Assembly (NCBI GenBank): GCA_031267245.1
Contig: JAIRZL010000016.1
Coordinates: 1 to 45,129 of the forward strand
DNA: 45,129 nt
Origin: Oscillospiraceae bacterium
Lineage (GTDB): Bacteria > Bacillota > Clostridia > Oscillospirales > Ruminococcaceae
Direction of reading: 5' to 3'
The notes beneath the pieces were generated by a model that worked only from the letters and a program-made list of their open reading frames with translations, was not told the origin of the DNA and made no database searches. Position 1 is the first letter of the stretch. Each line of letters begins with the position of its first letter. The translations under genes and the position numbers were made by a program. This document shows positions 11,280 through 18,542 of the stretch, one piece after another.

Positions 11280-11399
11280 TTACTTTTTTTGCTGAGCATA
11301 AAAAGTAATAATCACCGCACCCAACACAGCAATCGCTGCAATGACATATGGGATCATAAACACAATACCACTCTTCAATTCCACTAGACTTAACTTCAC
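11280..11399 (-). CDS. 39-aa single-pass membrane peptide MKLSLVELKSGIVFMIPYVIAAIAVLGAVIITFYAQQKK
   Basis: Manually translated; GTG start with RBS AAGGGAGG; one long hydrophobic stretch and a basic tail; co-oriented inside the RiPP locus. Confidence 0.65.
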   Translation of the reverse strand: MKLSLVELKSGIVFMIPYVIAAIAVLGAVIITFYAQQKK

Positions 11400-11600
11400 A
11401 ATCCAATAGCCTCCCTTCAAGCAATGCATTGGGAACACAGGCGAAAGGGGTCTATACCCAAACGAAAAACGAATCCACCCATGGGCCCCAATGCAAGATG
11501 GAACAACTACCCGCTTTTACTTACCTACTTTTTTGATTGCTTCACACGCGTTTTTTTACACTACTTTTAACAGTGCCCAATAAGCAGGGAATAATAACAC

Positions 11601-11693
11601 CTAATTCCTATTGCACTTTTGACAGCGCCAGATACAGTCAAGGGAATAATATTGCTCTTCAAATCTCTTTATAGGTTTAATTATGTACTTCAC
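11601..11693 (-). CDS. Cys-rich RiPP precursor P5: MKYIIKPIKRFEEQYYSLDCIWRCQKCNRN (30 aa)
   Basis: Manually translated; GTG start, RBS GAAAGGGGGG, TAG stop; paralog of P1-P4. Confidence 0.85.
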   Translation of the reverse strand: MKYIIKPIKRFEEQYYSLDCIWRCQKCNRN

Positions 11694-11906
11694 AATCAAT
11701 CCCCCCTTTCATTATCAAAACACTTACAGTACATTAATTTGCCCCACAAAAAACCGAAAAATAGCAAACTCACCATTACATTACAACAAACCAACCTACT
11801 TACTCTTAACTTGTTATCGCTTTCTTGATTGCCTCCTATCACACTTTTGCACACCCACCTATAAAAATCACCAACAAACACATTCGCAAGCACATTGCCA
11901 CAAAAC

Positions 11907-11999
11907 CTACTTCGCCTCACACTTTTGACAGTGCCAAATGCAGATACAGGAATAATATTGCTCTTCAAATCTCTTTATAGGTTTAATTATGTACTTCAC
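11907..11999 (-). CDS. Cys-rich RiPP precursor P4: MKYIIKPIKRFEEQYYSCICIWHCQKCEAK (30 aa)
   Basis: Manually translated; GTG start, RBS GAAAGGGGGG, TAG stop. Confidence 0.85.
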   Translation of the reverse strand: MKYIIKPIKRFEEQYYSCICIWHCQKCEAK

Positions 12000-12141
12000 A
12001 ATCAATCCCCCCTTTCATTATCAAAACACTTACAGTACATTAATTTGCCTCACAAAAAACCGAAAAATAGCAAACTCACCATTACATTACAACAAACCAA
12101 CCTACTTACTCTTAACTTGTTATCGCTTTCTTGATTGCTTT

Positions 12142-12237
12142 CTATCGTACTTTTAGACACTTCTGACAAAACCACCAACAGGTGGGGGTATAATGGCCTT
12201 CTTCAAATCTCTTTATAGGTTTAATTATGTACTTCAC
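12142..12237 (-). CDS. Cys-rich RiPP precursor P3: MKYIIKPIKRFEEGHYTPTCWWFCQKCLKVR (31 aa)
   Basis: Manually translated; GTG start, RBS GAAAGGGGGG, TAG stop. Confidence 0.85.
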   Translation of the reverse strand: MKYIIKPIKRFEEGHYTPTCWWFCQKCLKVR

Positions 12238-12312
12238 AATCAATCCCCCCTTTCATTATCAAAACACTTACAGTACATTAATTTGCCTCACAAAAAACGA
12301 AAAATAGCAAAC

Positions 12313-12453
12313 TCACCAATCTATATCAAAAAGATTGCATAAGGTAGGGCAGGGAGGAGCGTTGATACACTTAACACAGTAAATCCAACAGTCTCGTGGG
12401 CACCCTTCCGCCCTCGTCGCAAATACACCTCTAGGCCCTATTATGTACTTCAC
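12313..12453 (-). CDS. Cys-rich RiPP precursor P2: MKYIIGPRGVFATRAEGCPRDCWIYCVKCINAPPCPTLCNLFDIDW (46 aa)
   Basis: Manually translated; GTG start, RBS GAAAGGTGG, TGA stop; six Cys. Confidence 0.85.
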   Translation of the reverse strand: MKYIIGPRGVFATRAEGCPRDCWIYCVKCINAPPCPTLCNLFDIDW

Positions 12454-12549
12454 AATCAATCCACCTTTCATTATCAAACACCTTACAGTGGTCTTACTTG
12501 CCTCACAAAAAACAACAAAAAAAACATGAAAAATAGCGAACTCACCATA

Positions 12550-12633
12550 CTACAACAGCAAGCCATTACTTGCCATTGCCTCACCTACGCACCTCTCACA
12601 AAACCACCAACAAACACGTGAGTAATCATTCAA
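12550..12633 (-). pseudogene. Leaderless precursor relic (L)NDYSRVCWWFCERCVGEAMASNGLLL
   Basis: Open frame starting 2 nt after the P1 stop; contains CWWFCERC, nearly identical to the P3 core CWWFCQKC; no MKYI leader or well-spaced RBS. Confidence 0.6.
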
Positions 12634-12635
12634 AC

Positions 12636-12758
12636 CTAGTTACGTATACACCTTTGACAAAACCAACCACAGTTGGTGGGGCAACCTATACCATTGGGAA
12701 CGCAACCGTCTACCATTGGGGGCAAATACGCACCCCTAGGCCCCATTATATACTTCAT
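12636..12758 (-). CDS. Cys-rich RiPP precursor P1: MKYIMGPRGAYLPPMVDGCVPNGIGCPTNCGWFCQRCIRN (40 aa)
   Basis: Manually translated; ATG start, RBS AAAGGGGGTGA, TAG stop; first precursor downstream of the maturase. Confidence 0.85.
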   Translation of the reverse strand: MKYIMGPRGAYLPPMVDGCVPNGIGCPTNCGWFCQRCIRN

Positions 12759-12996
12759 AACTCATCACCCCCTTTGATTTAACTGCCAACTTGCCAAAAA
12801 CACAACTACTATTGGCGATTTTTTGCCGTTTTTTTATCAAGCGCAACAACACCCCCATTTCTTAAAGTTAGCTATTCCAATGACCACCAAAGTCTATATT
12901 CATCCTGCTTACTCACAACCATTCCTTAAATATATGAGTGGCGGGCAGCCGGGGCAAAACTTTTAAACCTTTCTGTAGAATCACAACTTTACTTTT

Positions 12997-14367
12997 TCAT
13001 TTGCCGGCATCCCCTCTCCTGCGAACCCCACAACAATCACCGCTTTGTTCTTCATTTTCGTCCCCTTGCATACAATACACATCATATCTTGTTTTTAAAA
13101 CATCTATTAGACCGTATCTCCATTTTTCGCAATCTGGTTTTTTATTTTTAAGCCCATTATACGGGCACCCACCCATGCAAATCGGCAGAACTTCACAACT
13201 AACACATTCGGGCTTATCAAACGGCGACCACAACAGGTATTCCAGTGCAACATTTGAAATCTTCTGGCTTTCACGCTCCTTCACATTACCAACACTCAGC
13301 TTTAAATTGCCAATATCATTCCAACATTTATACAAATTGCCTTTTGGATCAACAACAAAAGCAGTCAATGAATCTGCACAACAATAATTCGCCTTTATGC
13401 TAGGGTAATACGGGAAATCCGAAGCATTAAAACCCTTCTCTAATAAAATCTTTTGGCACTTATAGCTCTCATTAGCATATTCCTGCACTGTCAGGCAGGT
13501 ATCAGAAATTGATGAACACGCGCTTGTTGAATCCCTAACGTGCCCAAAACCTATATCGCATTTGTTAAGCTCATTTGCAATAAGGATATCAAGCAGTTCC
13601 TCCAAACCCACTAAATTTGTTTTATCTATATTTATTCTAATACCTACATGTATCCCTGCATTCTCAAATAGCTTGATATGTGATATGATAGTATCAAACG
13701 TTGGTTCACAACTATTTTTTAATTTCCTACGCAAATTATGCACTTGCGGCGGACCATCAACCGTAATTTGAACACCGGTAATCTTCGCCTTTTTAAATTG
13801 CGCAACGACATCATCATCAACCAAATAACCATTCGAAATCATATATGCGCTATATGGTGCCTTGTGTTTGTCACATATCTCAATTAATCTTTGCGACATT
13901 TCCCAAATTACGCTTTTAGCTAAAAGCGGCTCACCACCATACCAAGTGATAGATATTTGTTCTTTTTTCTCCGCCGTCTGTTCAACCCATTTGTAAATGG
14001 CATCAATCACCTCCACATCAATCATGCCACTCTGGTTATTTTCATAACAATAAGGACACGCAAAATTGCAAGCCAAAGTTGGGGCGATGGTAAGACCCAA
14101 ACCCTGCAAATTAAATTTTCCGCAATTGCTATTGAACTTAAGCAAACTCAATTCATTTGCATCGTCATCCAAAAGAAAAAAACCCATTTTCATGTCATCA
14201 ATAAGCTTTTTTGTTTTTTCATCCGCTTTATCATAATCTATGGAATTTATGTTTTGAATCACTCTGTTGAAATCCTCGTCAACTTCAGCAAATGAAGAAG
14301 TAAACCCATTAAAAGCCAAACTTTTACCACGATACTTGAAAAAAACATTGTACTTGGACGTTTTCAA
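12997..14367 (-). CDS. Radical SAM/SPASM-domain peptide maturase (Clo7bot-maturase-like)
   Basis: CNFACPYC radical SAM motif, ITWYGGEPLL, SPASM cysteines C..VVDPKGNLYKC...CVSCEVLPICMGGC...C; N-terminal K.SKYN extension; likely start is TTG at 14367 with RBS AAGGAG. Confidence 0.92.
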   Translation of the reverse strand: MKTSKYNVFFKYRGKSLAFNGFTSSFAEVDEDFNRVIQNINSIDYDKADEKTKKLIDDMKMGFFLLDDDANELSLLKFNSNCGKFNLQGLGLTIAPTLACNFACPYCYENNQSGMIDVEVIDAIYKWVEQTAEKKEQISITWYGGEPLLAKSVIWEMSQRLIEICDKHKAPYSAYMISNGYLVDDDVVAQFKKAKITGVQITVDGPPQVHNLRRKLKNSCEPTFDTIISHIKLFENAGIHVGIRINIDKTNLVGLEELLDILIANELNKCDIGFGHVRDSTSACSSISDTCLTVQEYANESYKCQKILLEKGFNASDFPYYPSIKANYCCADSLTAFVVDPKGNLYKCWNDIGNLKLSVGNVKERESQKISNVALEYLLWSPFDKPECVSCEVLPICMGGCPYNGLKNKKPDCEKWRYGLIDVLKTRYDVYCMQGDENEEQSGDCCGVRRRGDAGK

Positions 14368-14395
14368 ATCATTTCTCCTTTTTCTTGAAATCATA

Positions 14396-14485
14396 ATCGC
14401 GAGTCTTTTGAAAGGATATCGCGAGTCTTTACGACTGTCAACCCACAATGCTTAGTTTCGACAAATAGTGTCAGGGTTTCGACAA
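14396..14485 (-). promoter_or_regulatory. Maturase promoter: TTGACA-17-TATCCT, 13-bp direct repeat operator, two Spo0A-box matches
   Basis: -35 at 14436-14441, -10 at 14413-14418; atcgcgagtcttt at 14396-14408 and 14418-14430; TGTCGAA at 14457-14463 and 14478-14484. Confidence 0.7.
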
Positions 14486-14638
14486 TTCAGCAAACAAAAA
14501 AACACAAATCAAGCTATAATTCAAGCACAATAAAATGGAGAGCGATAGCGATGATCCTGTGGTGTTCGTTTTTTGTGGCAAAAGGGTTAAGAAATCACCT
14601 ATCTCGGGTTCAGAAAGGCAATACGGAAAACAAATGCC

Positions 14639-15462
14639 TCAGCGTCCACAGCACATTAATAAATCGCACAAGGCCATTCGTCTTGTCTTCGTCCTTTTGT
14701 CTGTTGCGTTATCGGCGGTCTGGAGCTGTTTATGCACTTGCGAAAGCATCGTTTCGAAATCGCCGAACCGCTTTTTGCCCAACCGCAATGTATTCCAGAC
14801 CGCTTGTGAGCGCTGCTTGATGGCACACGTCTTGAAGCCTATTTGTAGGAGCAACAAATGAATGTAGGAGCAACAAAAACGCCGGAAGCCGTCACCTTAT
14901 ACTTGCCGCGCAATTCCGCGAAGAGAGCGACGTTTTGCAGCACCTCGACATACAGTCCCTCGGTGAGTAGGAACATCACGGCGAAGTCCGTGGTCTTTGC
15001 CGGCACGATATCACGATACATTTCTCATAGATGTCCTTGGCAAACACCCGAATCTTGGCATAGAGCGACTTGCGGGCTTCTTCGATTGCTGACTTGCCCT
15101 TTCGCCTCGAGCAGGCGGGGCGTAGTCTGCAATAGAACAAGCTCTAGTGCAGTAACATCCGTTAGGCGCACCAGCCAGATTTGATGCTGCGGAAAAATAT
15201 CGCGCTGAGATCTGGAGTTGCAAGTGCTGTAATTGCAACGATTGTTGCAATTACAGCACTTATTAAAAATTAACTGGTAATTTTTAATATATTGCGATAT
15301 GATTGGGGGTGGAAATGTAAACCTACTCAAGGGAAACTTGGTGTCGATAGGCAGCCAGCGCGGGGCATCGCCGTTGCCTGGCAGCTTGATGGCGAATTCC
15401 ACCCGCTTGCCGCCTTGGATTTCGACATTACTTGTCCCATTGCAGCCGATATGGCTTTTCAA
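14639..15462 (-). pseudogene. rmuC: Fragmented 3' half of DNA recombination protein RmuC
   Basis: Colinear fragments in different frames: RVEFAIKLPG..WLPIDTKFPL / RLLEA / AIEEARKSLYAKIRVFAKDIYEK / KTTDFAVMFLLTEGLYVEVL / LQIGFKTCAIKQRSQAVW..KQLQTA; frameshifts at small tandem duplications. Confidence 0.85.
15222..15289. repeat. Two back-to-back perfect inverted repeats (18-bp and 12-bp arms) inside an insertion in rmuC
   Basis: aagtgctgtaattgcaac-gatt-gttgcaattacagcactt (15222-15261); tattaaaaatta-actgg-taatttttaata (15261-15289). Confidence 0.9.
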
Positions 15463-15557
15463 CGTGAGAAGTTGGTTTGCTTTGGGGGCTGGCGAGGATG
15501 TTTAACGATGCGGATAAGTAAAAATGAAAAAATGAAAAATGAAAAGAGGAGATTAAG

Positions 15558-16268
15558 ATGTTTGCAATAAGGACGCAAAACTTGAGCAAACACTATCGCG
15601 GGAGTGCAGTTGTTGATTCAGTGAATTTATGTGTTCAAAAGGGAGAAAGCTATGGTCTTGTTGGGGCAAACGGCGCAGGCAAAACCACATTAATGAAACT
15701 TATTGTGGGGTTGGCTGAGGCTTCATCTGGCAGCGTGGAATTATTTGGTTCAACAGATGGTCGTCAACGAAATAAAATCGGGTGCCTTATTGAAATACCT
15801 GGCCTTTTTATCGATATGACTGCAGAACAACATCTTGATACCACGCTGGCGCTTTTGCCCCCAAATCCGCGGTTTGGTATCCGTGAGGTTCTTGCGATGG
15901 TTGGTTTGGAAGATACGCGTAAAAAGCCGGTAAAGAAATTCTCTCTTGGTATGAAGCAACGTTTAGGTATTGCAACAGCGTTACTTGGTTCACCAGAACT
16001 GTTAATATTGGATGAGCCTGTTAATGGTTTGGATCCGATTGGAATTAGAGAAATGAGTGAATTGTTTGTAAGGCTGAGACAAGAATATGGCATGACGATG
16101 TTGATATCGAGCCATCTGTTAACAGAGCTAGCCAAGGTGGTTTCGTGTTATGGTGTGGTTGCAAACGGTAAGTTGCTTGCTGAATTGCGGCAAGAAGAAC
16201 TACAGCAACTTTCAGTAACAGCAGATGGTGTGGAAGACCATATTATTACGCTTATGGAAGGAAATTAG
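15558..16268 (+). CDS. ABC transporter ATP-binding protein (BcrA/lantibiotic-immunity-like)
   Basis: GANGAGKTT, FSLGMKQRLGIA, LILDEPVNGLDP, LISSH; RBS GAGGAG. Confidence 0.92.
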   Translation: MFAIRTQNLSKHYRGSAVVDSVNLCVQKGESYGLVGANGAGKTTLMKLIVGLAEASSGSVELFGSTDGRQRNKIGCLIEIPGLFIDMTAEQHLDTTLALLPPNPRFGIREVLAMVGLEDTRKKPVKKFSLGMKQRLGIATALLGSPELLILDEPVNGLDPIGIREMSELFVRLRQEYGMTMLISSHLLTELAKVVSCYGVVANGKLLAELRQEELQQLSVTADGVEDHIITLMEGN

Positions 16269-16270
16269 TT

Positions 16271-16972
16271 ATGTCAAAGCTTCTTAGGTATGAAGCCAAA
16301 AGGTTAATTCGTTCCAAAAGTTTTTGGATTAGTCTTTTTGCTGCTGTGATTTTTGCCATTCAGTCATGGTGGTATAGATGGGAAATCTTTACGCCGGATT
16401 TCGTTGAGGAGCAGTGCGATGTTTTGGGTCGTGGATCTGATGTATGTTTAATTTGTGTTTTGTTTGCTAGTGTTTTTTTTGCGTCTGAGTTTTCTCAAGG
16501 CACGATAAAAAATGTTATATCCAAAGGGTATACTAAAGCTCAAGTATATTTATCAAAGTTTCTCCTTTGCTGTGTTGCCGTGATAGCGATTAGCCTGGTG
16601 GTGACAGCTCTCAATATATCAGTTGCTTGTTACCTTGGCCTGCTTACTTGCGGGTTTTGGATCTGCCACTGTTTCGTTAGGCTTTTATTGTTTCTTGCTC
16701 TAACATCACTTGCTACATTTATAACGATGACAATACAAAACGTTACTGCTGCGGTGATTGTGAATTTGGTTCATTTTTACGTGCTGCCAGATTTGTTAAG
16801 TATCCTTGTAAGTGAGAGGGTCAGTGGGTATATGCTCCCGCCAGTATCTGGTAGTTTTGATGGTCGTTCTCCTCCGGAAGCGCTTTTGCGTCCAATGGTA
16901 GTATGTATATTGTGGATTGTTGTTACACTCGCGGGTGGCTTGGCGATATTTAAACGCCGAGATGTTTGCTAG
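16271..16972 (+). CDS. ABC-2 type transporter permease
   Basis: Directly follows the ATPase; SEFSQGTIKNVISKG loop; multiple TM segments; FKRRDV end. Confidence 0.88.
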   Translation: MSKLLRYEAKRLIRSKSFWISLFAAVIFAIQSWWYRWEIFTPDFVEEQCDVLGRGSDVCLICVLFASVFFASEFSQGTIKNVISKGYTKAQVYLSKFLLCCVAVIAISLVVTALNISVACYLGLLTCGFWICHCFVRLLLFLALTSLATFITMTIQNVTAAVIVNLVHFYVLPDLLSILVSERVSGYMLPPVSGSFDGRSPPEALLRPMVVCILWIVVTLAGGLAIFKRRDVC

Positions 16973-17318
16973 CAATTGTCAAATGCTATTCGTTCGCAAA
17001 TCCGTATCACAGGCGGCTAACACGAATGGGAAAGAGACTGCCACTTGGCCGCCCGTGTGTTCTGATCAACGGGGTCTGGGTTCTTGCTACCGCTGTAGAA
17101 TCCTGGATGATGTTGTTTACTTTTTCTTCCATTGCGGAATGGTTGATTATTACGTGTTGATCCGCGTTCGGTGATTCGGGAAGATTTTCTTCCAACAAAG
17201 AGGGCTGCACAACGGTTTTGGTTCGTCATTAGATATATATCTGGGTGGCATGCTTTGTTGTGGAACGGCAAGCACCATTAACGATTGACAATTATCTCAA
17301 ATATTTCAGGAGGAGAGA

Positions 17319-17347
17319 TTGACAAGGGTGTTTTTTTTGTGTATATT
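17319..17347 (+). promoter_or_regulatory. SigA promoter of the tRNA pair
   Basis: TTGACA (17319-17324), 17 bp, TATATT (17342-17347). Confidence 0.7.
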
Positions 17348-17382
17348 ATGGGTTAGGTTTTTTTGTGTGTTTTTTCAGATTG

Positions 17383-17458
17383 GCTGGTGTAGCTCAGTTG
17401 GTAGAGCAGCTGATTTGTAATCAGCAGGTCAGGGGTTCGAATCCGTTCACCAGCTCCA
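17383..17458 (+). tRNA. tRNA-Thr (TGT)
   Basis: 76-nt cloverleaf, anticodon arm gctga-tt-TGT-aa-tcagc, GGTTCGAATCC T-loop, encoded CCA. Confidence 0.95.
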
Positions 17459-17465
17459 GTTTTTT

Positions 17466-17550
<85 letters not shown>

Positions 17551-17563
17551 TATTTTAATATTT

Positions 17564-17612
17564 ATCCGCAGGGAAATGATAGATGGTTCCACTGCGGATT
17601 TTTTGTTTTTTC
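17564..17612 (+). terminator. Probable intrinsic terminator after the tRNAs
   Basis: atccgcag...ctgcggat stem followed by a T-run. Confidence 0.65.
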
Positions 17613-18144
17613 TGAAATTTCCTGGAATGTCGCTAGCTGGACGTGAAGTACAGCCCTCCGCGAAGGCACGGAACATTGCCCTTTGTTATCTGATTTGCCT
17701 CCATAGAAACTTTTAACCTTATCAATGGGATCAAGCTTAACGCGGTTCAACTTAAACCTTATCAAGATTTAGATAGTTCTTGTGGGAAACCACAGAGGCT
17801 TTTTTATTGACTGCGCCCCGACAAGCCCGCATTCGTAGACAAGCGCAACAACAATCAAATCCCACTAAACAAGCACAACACCAGCTCGTCAAAATGTCAA
17901 GCAAAATCGCAAATCTAATGAGAAAAACGAGGCAAACCCACGCCAGAGAGCCACCTGAAGCACTACCCAAACGAAGCCTTACGGTATTTCAAACCCCTTA
18001 CCACCTTACAAACGCCCATAACAAACTGTCCAGGATACCCGCCACTTTGCCGAACCCCGCAAAACCGCTATATTGTTAGCTTTTTTGAGCAAACAAAAAC
18101 CATCTACCGACACTCAATGAGTTATCAATAGATGGTAGTTGATT

Positions 18145-18533
18145 TGGTGGAGAAGAGGGGAATCGAACCCCTGTCCGAAGACTCACGCGCACAAAACTCT
18201 CCGGGTGCAGTTTGTTTTCGTTATTCATGCAACAGCGCGCCAACAAACAAAAAACACTGCTGCAATATCCTCTAATTCATCAACCGGGTCGAGAAAGCTC
18301 CCGGGCAACGTTCACCACTAAATGACGTTCAAACCAGGGCATGGTAAACCTGGCCAAACGGATGGCTGCTTACGCAGCGATGGCATCTGCTCCAGAGAAA
18401 TCAAGAGTTATAACACCATCATCATCTTTACCTTTACTACCTGCGTTTAAAACTTGTTTTTTGATATTTAAAGAGCTCGCACTCTACCCGCTATTCATAC
18501 GCTAAAAATCCCCGTCGAAACCTTTGCTTCCCC
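18145..18533 (-). ncRNA. ssrA: tmRNA; tag frame 18444-18370 encodes AGSKGKDDDGVITLDFSGADAIAA
   Basis: 5' GGGGAAGCAAAGGTTTCGACGGG, 3' GGTTCGATTCCCCTCTTCTCCACCA, TTAAAC-GCA resume context, tag ending in AA; directly downstream of smpB. Confidence 0.95.
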
Positions 18534-18542
18534 TTATTCAGA

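Larger units (their letters stand above)
11643..12548. repeat. Tandem duplicated precursor cassettes (5' UTR + RBS + leader)
   Basis: 11643-11832 and 11949-12138 differ at about one base over 190 bp (306-bp period); third copy ~12200-12318; diverged fourth copy ~12440-12548. Confidence 0.9.

Noticed and set aside
11643-12548. Precursor array as a CRISPR array or diversity-generating retroelement
   Set aside because: Repeats are 110-190 bp and protein-coding; no cas or reverse transcriptase gene is in the window; differences between cores are not obviously adenine-restricted
11601-12638. Genome-wide TAG recoding to explain Cys-rich sequence after precursor stops
   Set aside because: TAG terminates conserved genes at their expected ends (grpE, dnaK, clpP), and only one of three relics is in frame
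11619-12782. ORF-track ORFs over the precursor array (11619+, 11683+, 11696-, 11895+, 12570+)
   Set aside because: Antisense or off-frame shadows of the repeated cassettes with no RBS; the short minus-strand MKYI ORFs have strong RBSs and conserved Cys spacing
12868-12903. 11-aa minus-strand ORF MNIDFGGHWNS as a pheromone or sixth precursor
   Set aside because: No properly spaced RBS, no MKYI leader, no Cys; a length expected by chance
15150-15175. GTTAGGC integron attC core or GTGCG group II intron start inside the rmuC insert
   Set aside because: No matching RYYYAAC partner at suitable spacing, no integrase or RT, and no recognisable intron domain V
14535-15250. Several 60-108 aa ORFs as independent genes
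   Set aside because: Explained as frames or antisense shadows of the fragmented rmuC pseudogene
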